Positions 41,668 through 51,665 of a stretch of 64,000 bases of DNA are shown here, one piece after another (positions within the stretch are counted from its first letter, which is position 1; each line of letters opens with the position of its first letter). The notes under the pieces were generated by a model. It saw only the letters and a list, made by a program, of their open reading frames with translations, was not told the DNA's origin and did not search any database. Source of the DNA: Candidatus Poribacteria bacterium (lineage in GTDB: Bacteria > Poribacteria > WGA-4E > WGA-3G); assembly GCA_965200395.1 (NCBI GenBank), contig CBDAUH010000002.1, forward strand, positions 77,246 to 141,245. The letters run 5' to 3'. Position numbers and translations under genes: made by a program.

Positions 41668-44661
41668 ATGACTTTAGAACATAACAATTTGTTGAATGCA
41701 CTATCATGGAAATACTGCAAATTATGCATTTTTTCTCTCGCCTGTTTCTTATTATTCGCACTTATGCAGGGGGATCTATTGGCACAACGGGGTCAGGGTA
41801 CGATGGAAGTCACTGAACGGGATGAGGAAACCGGTGAACCACTACGCTTCACCTTCAACTTTACCAGTGATGAAATCAAAAACGTCTTCGAATGGCTCTC
41901 ACAACAAACCGACCTCACTATCATCGCAAGTGAAAACGATATACAAGGCAAAAGATTTTCACTCATAAACCTCAATAATGTCACACTCGATGAGATTATT
42001 GAAAAAATCAAAACTGTCCTCGCTCAGCAGAATCTAACCTTCGTTAGGGTTGATAGCACTCTCCTTGTGACTACCTTTGATAAAGCCTTGACTATGAATG
42101 TGCCTGTTAAGATAATAGAGGCAAATCCTGAACTGGTTGAAATGACTGATGAGATACAGACATATATTATACAGTTGGTAAATGCGTCTGCATCGGAGCA
42201 AGTCAACACACTAAAACCTTTATTGAATAGACAGGCGAATATCTTTGCGGACTCGATGACGAATGCTCTTGTGATCACAGATGTGTCCTCTAATGTGCGT
42301 AGGATCGTCTCTATTCTGCAATTTGCGGATGAGGGTGATCCGTCGCCATTAAAGATCGCTTTAGTTCCGCTCACTTATGCGGATGCGCAATCTCTAAAAC
42401 AAACATTTGATAGTGTGTTCGATGATAGCAATCAAGAAGATAACAAGCCGCCGGGAACACAGGTTGCTATGAGTCCTGAGGAGATCAGGCAAGCTATTGA
42501 ACAAGGTTTGGGAGTGCCATTGGTTGAGGGAATGGTTAAAGTAGAGGCAGATACCAACTCAAATACGTTGATCATCAAAGCCTCCGAAGATAATATAACG
42601 CTCCTTAAAGAAATTATTCTCCACTTAGATAAAGCCCCGTCCCTCTCAACAGATATCCGCACATATCGCCTCCAATATGGCATTGCCGAAGATGTCGCAA
42701 CAAACCTTGAAGAAATTATTACGGGCGGCGCAAGCCAAAGTAGAGGATTTGGCAGATGGGAAGCCGAAAAAATGCGTGCTACCCGACGCGAACGCGGCGA
42801 ATCAGGAAATATCTACCAAGGTATCGTCGGAACAGTAAACATCTCACATGATGATCGACTGAACATCGTTATCGTCTCCTCGGATCCACGCAATTTCACT
42901 ATCATTGAGAAAATCATTGAAGTCCTTGACCAAAAACAGACAGAAAATGAATTCAAGATGTATCTACTCGAATTCGCAGATGCAGCAACGCTCAAAGAAC
43001 AATTAACCGAGTTGTTCGAAGGCGGAGATGCAGGCGGGGATAGCAACCGGTACTGGTGGGATTGGGACAGTAGATCATCGTCAAATCAAGACACCGGTTT
43101 CGGTGTCCAAGGAACTGTTCACATCGTTGAGGATATTAGACTTAATGCCCTGCTCATTTCTACCTCCGCCAGCAATTTTCCAATGATTGACGATCTGATT
43201 AAAAAACTTGATGTCAACTTGCCAGACCAAGAGTGGGGTTCAAGAATCTTTTATCTCAAATATGCTGACGCTCAAAATATAGCAAATCTGATTAATACAC
43301 ATTACCAAGGCAACCAAGACGATTTTAGAGGCGGTAGCAGCTACTCTTACTACAGATATTATCTGCCGCAACGGCAATCAACCCCGCAAGCACAAGGATC
43401 CCTGTCCGGGAACGTCGCCGCTCAACCTTTGGCAAGTCATAACGCACTCATCGTATCAACAGGCACAAAACGAAACTTTGAAATGATAGAAAGTTTCATC
43501 AAACAACTCGATATACCTACACCTGAAGAACAAGCAGAAGTCACAGATATAATCCGACTCGAATATGCAACCGCAACTTCCATTGCTCAAGTACTTTCGC
43601 AAGTCTGGCAAGACCAACCAGGTGAGGATGACGGATTCGGTTTCTTTGTGTTTTTTGACGATGACAGACGATCTCAGGAAGAATCAACAGACATCAATTC
43701 ACTCTACGGTAAAGTCACTGTCTATGCCGACCCAGATACGAACTCGCTTGTAGTTACTACGCGCAAACGGTATCTTGAGCAGGTAAGATCCCTCATCAAA
43801 CAACTCGATTTCGTGCGAGGACAAGTGCGGATTGATATTAAAATACTTGAAGTGACGCTTGACGAAACAACAAAACTCGGTATTGAAGCAGCTGCCAATG
43901 AGAAAAGACTTGGCGGTCTTGAACTTAGTCCTATCAACCCACTTACCGGGGAAACAAACGCAGAACTCGGTCTTGCACAAGAAATCTCAGGCTTCAATTT
44001 TAGTTTGGCAACAAAAGAATATTTGGCTCTACTTCACACACTTATTCGTGAAAATAAAGTCAAAACGCTCTCTACACCAACCATCACAACCCGAGATAGC
44101 CATCCTGCAACATGGAGCAGTGGCCGCAGAATTCCATATCTACAAAGCGTAGATACCAATAGCATCCTCGGAGATACCGCAACACAACCACTTTTCAACT
44201 ACGATTTTATAGACCCGCCGGTCGGTATTAATATTGCACTCACACCTTATATCGCCAAATCGCTTGCAGGGGAAGATGGCAAGCGAACAATCGGATTAGA
44301 TATAACCAATATCAGTGCCAGCAACTTCATAGAATTCACCGATTTTAACGCACCCATAACAGATGATAACACGCTCAGTGCTTATGTCGATGTTGAAGAT
44401 GGACAACAACTGATCGTCGGCGGAATCATTCGCAAAAAACAGAAACAGGTAGAAAACAAAGTACCTATCCTTGGTGATATTCCTCTACTCGGAAGGCCAT
44501 TCAAAAGTACTGCAACCGAAGTTCAAGATACTGAAATCGTATTCATTATAACTCCTCACATCATAGATATAAAGAACCCAGAGGACATTAAAAAATTGAA
44601 ACAGAAAGAAGACGATTGGAAGAAAAACGGGATGAACGAATTCGAGAATTCCGAAAAGTAA
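41668..44661 (+). CDS. gspD: Secretin (GspD-like), copy 2
   Basis: Same architecture as copy 1; 41785-42615 nearly identical to 38617-39447. Confidence 0.9.
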   Translation: MTLEHNNLLNALSWKYCKLCIFSLACFLLFALMQGDLLAQRGQGTMEVTERDEETGEPLRFTFNFTSDEIKNVFEWLSQQTDLTIIASENDIQGKRFSLINLNNVTLDEIIEKIKTVLAQQNLTFVRVDSTLLVTTFDKALTMNVPVKIIEANPELVEMTDEIQTYIIQLVNASASEQVNTLKPLLNRQANIFADSMTNALVITDVSSNVRRIVSILQFADEGDPSPLKIALVPLTYADAQSLKQTFDSVFDDSNQEDNKPPGTQVAMSPEEIRQAIEQGLGVPLVEGMVKVEADTNSNTLIIKASEDNITLLKEIILHLDKAPSLSTDIRTYRLQYGIAEDVATNLEEIITGGASQSRGFGRWEAEKMRATRRERGESGNIYQGIVGTVNISHDDRLNIVIVSSDPRNFTIIEKIIEVLDQKQTENEFKMYLLEFADAATLKEQLTELFEGGDAGGDSNRYWWDWDSRSSSNQDTGFGVQGTVHIVEDIRLNALLISTSASNFPMIDDLIKKLDVNLPDQEWGSRIFYLKYADAQNIANLINTHYQGNQDDFRGGSSYSYYRYYLPQRQSTPQAQGSLSGNVAAQPLASHNALIVSTGTKRNFEMIESFIKQLDIPTPEEQAEVTDIIRLEYATATSIAQVLSQVWQDQPGEDDGFGFFVFFDDDRRSQEESTDINSLYGKVTVYADPDTNSLVVTTRKRYLEQVRSLIKQLDFVRGQVRIDIKILEVTLDETTKLGIEAAANEKRLGGLELSPINPLTGETNAELGLAQEISGFNFSLATKEYLALLHTLIRENKVKTLSTPTITTRDSHPATWSSGRRIPYLQSVDTNSILGDTATQPLFNYDFIDPPVGINIALTPYIAKSLAGEDGKRTIGLDITNISASNFIEFTDFNAPITDDNTLSAYVDVEDGQQLIVGGIIRKKQKQVENKVPILGDIPLLGRPFKSTATEVQDTEIVFIITPHIIDIKNPEDIKKLKQKEDDWKKNGMNEFENSEK

Positions 44662-44667
44662 TATGAC

Positions 44668-44810
44668 ACATGAGTTCGTAGGTCGGGTAGAGCTTGCGAA
44701 ACCCGAACAGCACAGAGTTGTGCCTCTTTGTAGCATACTCTTTCTAGGTTGTGCTCTTTGTAGCACAAACTGTTAGTTTGTCTCTTTGTAACATAACCTT
44801 TTAGCTCGAG
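44668..44810. repeat. Cluster of GTAG-type REPs (two classes)
   Basis: ACATGAGTTCG end, GTAGGTCGGGTAGAGC..GCGAAACCCGA, then three degenerate GTAGCA(T/C)A... units. Confidence 0.7.
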
Positions 44811-44824
44811 CAGGAACACACATT

Positions 44825-47800
44825 ATGTCAGAAACAACACAAAACAACCTCTTCGGCCCAACCGAATACACAAACCCCGGATTCAAAGCAACACTCGACT
44901 ACATCCGAGAAACAGCCAAAACACAATACAAAAAAGGCGAACTCTTCGAACGATTGATGCTTAAATACTTCACTGAAGACCCCGACTATAAAGAACAATT
45001 CTCTGATGTATGGCTATGGAAACAGTGGACACAACTCCGAACAGATTTCGACGGACGCGACATAGGCATAGACCTCGTCGCAAAAAAACATGACGGCGGA
45101 TTTTGTGCTATCCAATGCAAATGCTACGAAGAAACCACACGGATCACAAAACCACACATAGACTCTTTCATCTCCGCATCCGCAAGCGACATCTTCACAT
45201 TACGAATCCTTGTGAATACCGGGGGCGAGTTAGGTCCCAATGCACTCGGCACCATAATCCCACTCGGAGACAAGTTCCGCATAATTCGCTTCAACGATCT
45301 GGAAAATAGCCCGTATGACTGGCCCGACCTCAGCATCCAAGAACCTGAAACGCTCACCTATAAACAGCGAAAGTTCAGCCTAAAATCTCACCAAAGAGAA
45401 GCGTTTGATGCCGTTATCAATGGCTTCAAAGCACACGACCGCGGCAAAATGATAATGGCGTGTGGCACAGGCAAAACATTCACCGCACTCCGTATCGCAG
45501 AAGAAGTCGCAGGCACTGAAGGCAAAGTGTTATACCTCGTGCCATCCATCGGCTTACTTTCACAAGCGATGCGTGAATGGTCAGACCAACGCAGCATAGA
45601 CCACAGCTACATCGGTATCTGCTCCGACAAAAGCGCAGGAGACAAAACCGAAGATGCCTCCATTCAAGAACTCAAAATCCCCGTCACCACAGACCCAGCA
45701 TCCATCACACAAGCATTACAGAAAACCGATACCAACAAAATGACTGTCGTCTTCTGCACTTATCAATCGCTCCCGCTGATAGAGAAAGCACAAGCTGAAG
45801 GCGCACCCCAATTTGATATTGTCCTGTGTGACGAAGCACACAGAACCACCGGCATTGATAAGCCTGGTGACAGAACCTCACCCTTTATCCTCGTCCACGA
45901 CACAGAACGAATTCGCGCCAGCAAACGGCTCTATATGACAGCCACCCCGAAACTCTACACCGAAACCGCAAGAGCACAAGCCGCACAATATAACGTCGAT
46001 GTGTTCTCTATGGACGACGAAGAGAAATACGGACCAGAGTTTCACAGACTCCGCTTCTCCCAAGCAGTTGAAATCAGCGAACTCTCCGACTACAGAGTAG
46101 TCATACTCGGTATATCTGAGCATGAAGTCAACGCGGTGCTTGAGGGCGATACTGGAAAATACGGCGATGAAATCAACATAAACGATGCAACCCGGATCAT
46201 CGGATGCTGGCGTGCACTGCAAAATCCCGAAAACAAAGAAAAAGATGACCAATCCCTCAAACCCCTCAGGCGCGTCATCGCATTCACAAACAGAATAGAC
46301 GAGTCAAAAGCACTTGCACGCTATTGGAACGATATTGTAGAAGATGCGATAGAAAACCTATCGGAAGATGAAATCCCTACTGACTTTGAATGTGAGACGA
46401 AACACGTTGATGGCACAGTCCACGCCCTAAACCGCAAAGCAAACATCGATTGGCTCAAAGGCGATGCTGATGGTGTCTGCCGTATCCTCTCCAATGCGAA
46501 ATGTCTCTCCGAAGGCATTGATGTGCCTGCCCTGGATGCGGTTATTTTTTACAAACCGCGAAAATCCCATATAGATGTTGTCCAAGCAGTCGGTCGCGTG
46601 ATGCGGAAAGCCCCCGGCAAACAGTTCGGTTATGTCATCCTACCCGTTGCTATCCCCGATGCAAACGACCCCGCAGCCGCGCTCAATGACAACGAAAGGT
46701 TCTCTAATGTCTGGAGCGTTCTCAACGCCCTCCGTTCACACGATGACAGGCTCGATGCAGAAATTAACAGCATCGACCTCAATAACGAACTGCCGAACTC
46801 TATTATCGTTGGTCCTGACAGCGAAAGCTGGACAGCACAGCAGCTATCCCTCTTGCCGATTAATATTCCCGTTGACGCAATAATTCCAAAGATCGTAGAC
46901 AAATGTGGTGATCAGAAATATTGGGAAAACTGGGCAAAAGATGTCGCCGAAATCTTTGACAGACTCATCGTCCGCATCAACAATCTATTGGAAAATCCTG
47001 ATAACGCCGCACTAAACGAAAAGTTCGAAAACTTCCACCTTGAGCTCCAAAACACAATTAACGACGCTATTACACGAACCAACGCTATTGATATGATGGC
47101 ACAACACATCCTAACACGCCCCGTATTTGATGCCCTCTTCCAAAATTATGACTTCTCATTGGGCAATCCAGTCGCAATTGGATTGAACAGTCTACAAGAA
47201 GACTTTGCAGAATTTGGACTTGAAAGCGAGACACGGGATCTGAAAGGGTTCTACGAAAGCGTTCAAAAACGTGCCAGTGGAATCAAGAGAACCGAAGGGA
47301 AACAAATGGTGCTGATGGATCTCTATGAGCAGTTCTTCAAAAAGGCGTTAAAAAAAGAAGCGGATCGGCTCGGCATCGCATACACCCCCATTGAACTTGC
47401 AGACTTCATTTTACACAGCGTCAACGACATATTGAAAAGTGAATTTGGAAAGAGTTTATCTGATAAAGACGTTCACATCCTCGATCCATTCACTGGCACT
47501 GGTACATTTCTTGTGCAGCTGCTGAAGTCTGGGCTCATCAAGCCTGAAGACCTTGAACGGAAGTACCACCATGAACTCCATGCAAACGAAATTCTCCTCC
47601 TTGCCTACTACATTGCATCTGTGAATATTGAAGAAACATATAGAGGACAGCGCGGTGGCGATAGCAATTATGAACCATTTGACGGCATTATCCTAACAGA
47701 CACCTTTAACCTGAACAAATACAAAGACGAAGAAGATAGACAAATTCCCCTTCTTCCTGAAGAACAACAACGGATGGCAGAAAACAACAAGCGGGTAGAA

Positions 47801-49661
47801 CATCAACAAGACCTCCCAATTGAAGTCATCATCGGCAATCCACCTTGGTCCGCAGGTCAGAAAAATGCGACAGAAGATAATCCAAATGTGGAATATCCAA
47901 AACTTTCAGAGAGAATAAAAGTCACCTATGCTGCTAGAACTAAGGTCACAAACAAAAGACATTTATACGATACTTATAAAATGGCGATTCGATGGGCATC
48001 TGATAGAATAAAAAAACAAGGGATCATCGCATTTGTCACACCAGGAACTTGGATTGATGGAAACGTAGAATCAGGAATAAGAGCCTGTTTAGCAGAAGAA
48101 TTCAGTTCAATTTATGTACTAAATTTGTTAGGTGATGCCAGAGCACGGGGTGAGCGAGGTCGCTATGAGGGAGAAGGAGTTTTTGGGAGTGCTACACAAT
48201 CTCCCGTTGCTATTACAATTCTGTGCAAGAACAAAATGTCTGAGTCTGACAACTGTCGTATCTACTACCAAGATATAGGCAGTGAACTCAAATGCAAGCA
48301 GAAATTAGAAAAACTACAAAAGGCTGTATCAACAACCGGTATCAGAGATTGGGAGCAAATTACTCCTAATAAGCATGATGATTGGATAAAGCAGCGCAAT
48401 GATGCTTTTACGGAATTTTATCCGCTCGGTACGAAAGAAGCGAAAGCTGGTAAAACAGACAATGCAATATTTACATTGTATTCATTGGGATTGGCAACAG
48501 GAAGAGATCCATACATATACAATTTCTCACGTGATGTTTGTTTAAATCATGCTGAGCGAATGACGCAAGAATATCTTAGTGCTGTTTCCGAATATGAGGA
48601 AAATCCAGAACTGGCATTAGATGAGGTAATTCACCGGCATAATTCATTTGTAAAATGGAATCGTGAACTTGAGAACAACCTGAAACGAAAGAAAAAGACC
48701 GAATTTAATATAAACTATCTCCGGAAAACTTCATATCGTCCATTTGTTCCATCAAACTGCTATGCAGATTATACATTTTCACAAATGAAGTATCAAGTAG
48801 ATAAAATATTCCCTGACAGTTCAAGTGAAAATCGTATAATTTGCGTAACCGGCATTGGCTCAAAAATTCCTTTTTCCACTCTTATGTCCGATAGAATGGT
48901 AGATCTTGAATTGATTAACAAAGGACAAGGTTTCCCACGATGGCGATATCCCAAGCAAACCGACGCTTCTCAGATGAATGTAAGTAATACAGAGGGGGGG
49001 GGTACGTTATGTTAATAATATTTTAAGCGAAGCGGAAGATGTACATCGTATTGACAACATTTCAGATACAGCACTCCGCGCCTTCCAAGAACATTACAAA
49101 GACAAATCCATCACAAAAGACGACATATTCGACTATGTCTACGGCATCCTCCACGCACCCACCTACCGAGAACAATTCGCCAACGACCTATCAAAAATGC
49201 TACCCCATATCCCGTATGCCCCGGACTTCCACGCCTTCGCAAAAGCAGGCAAAGAGTTGGCAGACCTCCACCTCAACTACGAAACCTGCGAACAATATCC
49301 CTTAACACTTGTGTTCCGACACCGAGGCGAACCGGAACCCCACCATTTCCGACTAAGTAAAACGGCAATGGAATTCGCCGATAAAACCACAAAAGATACT
49401 TTGATTGTCAACAAGCATGTCATGCTATCAGGCATCCCTAAAGAAGCGCATGGCTACGTCGTCAACGGCAGAACGCCATTGGGATGGTTTATCAATCGTT
49501 ACAAAATCACACAAGACAAAAACAGCGGTATCCTTAACGATGCCAACGGCTGGTTTGAAAACCCGCGCGACCTCATCACTGCAATAGAGCGTATCATCCA
49601 TGTCAGTGTCCACTCCACCCGCATCATCAAGGCCCTCCCCACCCAGATATTTGTAGCATAA
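44825..49661 (+). CDS. Type ISP restriction-modification enzyme (Mrr nuclease-SF2 helicase-N6 MTase-TRD; LlaGI/LlaBIII-like), frameshifted at a G9 tract
   Basis: GELFERL, DIGIDLVA...AIQCKCY, MACGTGKT, CDEAHRT, LDPFTGTGTF, IIGNPPW; the +1 frame from 49002 gives RIDNISD...ITKDDIFDYVYGILH...YVVNGRTPLGW; G8 restores 1611 aa. Confidence 0.9.
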
Positions 49662-49743
49662 CCTTTCCAGGTTGTGCATCTTTGTAGCATAACCTTTCCA
49701 GGTTGTGGCTCTTCGTAGCATAACCTTTCCAGGTTGTGCACTC
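49651..49743. repeat. Three tandem 31-bp GTAG-type REP units
   Basis: GTAGCATAACCTTTCCAGGTTGTG at 49653, 49684, 49715. Confidence 0.9.
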
Positions 49744-49765
49744 TTTGCGTGCTCAAATCGCTTGC

Positions 49766-50142
49766 TTGTCAGAATCGCGGATTACGCGGATTACGCGGAT
49801 GAACGCGGATTTTAAGAGTTTGTGCCTTCTTGCGTGCTTTTTTTCTGGATCGCGGATGGACGCGGATTTTTTGTTTGGTGTTCTAAGGTGCTTTTCGTAA
49901 GATTGGGATAAGCACAACAGCAGATAAATCTACGTAATTCTCTATAAGCTGCGATATGGCATGCATACCGTTGATTTGGCGAAATCTGCGCTTCAGACAA
50001 CCCGCAATCCGCGTTCATTCTAATCATAAGAAAAGCACCTTGAAGTAACGAACTCCTAATCCGCGTCCATCCGTGTAATCCGTGAAATCCGCGATTCTGA
50101 CAAACAACCCGCGATTCTGACGAACAAAAAATCCGCGATTCA
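49766..50142. repeat. 46-bp inverted repeat pair built from 9-mer CGCGGATTA-like subunits, plus partial copies
   Basis: 49766-49811 TTGTCAGAATCGCGGATTACGCGGATTACGCGGATGAACGCGGATT versus the reverse complement at 50058-50103. Confidence 0.8.
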
Positions 50143-50156
50143 TATCCTACACACAA

Positions 50157-51563
50157 CTAATAAGGCGTCTCATTCGTCGTCAACGCACACCATCTCGTTG
50201 AAAACAGATGATTCAACAAAACTTCCCTGGCTTTAGGTGTATCAATCTGTTTTAGTGCTAAAGCCGCATTAAACCGAACATATCTATTCTCATCTTCCAA
50301 TTGTTCTACCAAAGTCGGAATAGCAGGTTCAGAGACGGATCCCAGTTGCGCTAAGGATCGCGCCGCGTTATAACGAACCCAGTAAAGTTCATCGTTTAAT
50401 CCATCTGTTAACACTTGCACTGTCGGTCCTAAATCTATGTCGCCATTCACATATTGACCGATAATTCCCAAACCTTCCATCGAATGCCGACGTACCCACG
50501 GGGATTCATCTGATGCTGCCTCAGTTAACGCAGGTACTGCCTCCAATGCAGTTTTACCCATATCTGTCAAGGTATACGATGCACTTGTACGAATGGATTC
50601 CTCTGAGTTTGACAACGCATCAATCAACGTAGGAACAGCAGCCTCACCAATCAGGCTTAATGCAACACCGACATAACCACGAATCGTTTCGGATGCACTA
50701 TGAAACACCTGATGTAACCTCGGCACAGCAGAAGCCCCTATTCTTCCCAAACGATATGCTGCATTCAACCGCTGCTTCTCATCTTCATTTTCCAATGTTT
50801 CCAGCAAAATATCCATCTCGCCAGAAGAAACACCGTTAGCAGTGCCGTTTTGTTTGCCATAATTCCAATCCCACTGAGATTCCCACAGTTCGGGATGGTC
50901 CGACTCTATGCCATCAGCAACAGCCTGCCAATCAGCATTAAAGCTGTCCCAATCCGGAGATGACGGTTCATCGAGACGAGAGAACAGAAACTTCAACATA
51001 TAACGTTTCTTATCACTTCCATTCGGTGTAGCACGATGCCATAGATCGTAATGAACGATAGTCACCGTGCCCGCTTCGCCGCACAGTGAGATATCAGGTT
51101 GTTCATGTGCGCTTTCATGGGTTTCGTAATAATGGGAGCCCGGCAGCACTGCAGTCGGTCCCATATCATCGCTCACATCTTGCGGATAATAAAACGCCAT
51201 CGTCCAACGGCATCTGTGTCGCCGTATCTGCTCATCACCCTCATAACTATCCTTATGAAACCCTTGTCCACCACTGCCTGATGGATTGTAATGACAATAA
51301 CGGTGTGGATGCATCATATAGTTTTTGCCAAGCACGCCCTGCATCGCACCGTGTACAGTTGGATGCTCAAAAACATGTTGAATCTCTGGAATCAATGGCA
51401 GCACATTGTTACCCCAGTTACCTGTCTTTTCGAACATCGCTTCCAACTGTTGAAAAATATGTTCATGAAAACTTGCGGGAAAGTCTGTTTTCACCTTGAT
51501 ATATCCATTGATGATGAAATCCCGCATCTGTTCATCAGTAAGTTGTATCCCTTGAATGCCCAT
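50157..51563 (-). CDS. Phytanoyl-CoA dioxygenase (PhyH) family protein fused to HEAT/PBS-lyase repeats
   Basis: LTDEQMRDFIINGY, FHKDS (HxD), GPTAVLPGSH, GEAGTV....DLWHRA; C-terminal VR..AA..L HEAT repeats; start ATG 51563 after GAGGAGG. Confidence 0.85.
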   Translation of the reverse strand: MGIQGIQLTDEQMRDFIINGYIKVKTDFPASFHEHIFQQLEAMFEKTGNWGNNVLPLIPEIQHVFEHPTVHGAMQGVLGKNYMMHPHRYCHYNPSGSGGQGFHKDSYEGDEQIRRHRCRWTMAFYYPQDVSDDMGPTAVLPGSHYYETHESAHEQPDISLCGEAGTVTIVHYDLWHRATPNGSDKKRYMLKFLFSRLDEPSSPDWDSFNADWQAVADGIESDHPELWESQWDWNYGKQNGTANGVSSGEMDILLETLENEDEKQRLNAAYRLGRIGASAVPRLHQVFHSASETIRGYVGVALSLIGEAAVPTLIDALSNSEESIRTSASYTLTDMGKTALEAVPALTEAASDESPWVRRHSMEGLGIIGQYVNGDIDLGPTVQVLTDGLNDELYWVRYNAARSLAQLGSVSEPAIPTLVEQLEDENRYVRFNAALALKQIDTPKAREVLLNHLFSTRWCALTTNETPY

Positions 51564-51606
51564 ATTCTTAGCCTCCTCTGTTGTTATAAAACCATGACTT
51601 ACGCAC

Positions 51607-51665
51607 TGTAGCATAAACTTTCCAGTTTGTGCATCGTGGACGCAACCCAGAAAGGTTACGCTACA
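51607..51665. repeat. Inverted REP doublet (REPIN/BIME-like)
   Basis: GTAGCATAAACTTTCCAGTTTGTGC followed by the reverse complement of GTAGCGTAACCTTTCTGGGTTGCG. Confidence 0.75.

Noticed and set aside
38503-44661. Secretin duplication as a pure assembly artefact
   Set aside because: Copies have different signal peptides, indels and many synonymous differences with both frames open; only the 5' block needs read confirmation
27755-44661. Classical retractile type IVa pilus operon
   Set aside because: Major subunit has clear GspG motifs, a GspK is present, and no PilT or PilQ AMIN domains are seen
49651-49743. 31-bp palindromic direct repeats resembling a mini CRISPR array (also 54068-54158)
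   Set aside because: Units are head-to-tail with no unique spacers, copies are dispersed in intergenic regions, they start with GTAG, and no cas genes are present; they are REPs
49812-50156. 114-aa minus-strand ORF and other ORFs over 49428-49756 and 44485-44819
   Set aside because: Open frames are by-products of the repeats; no RBS or protein motif
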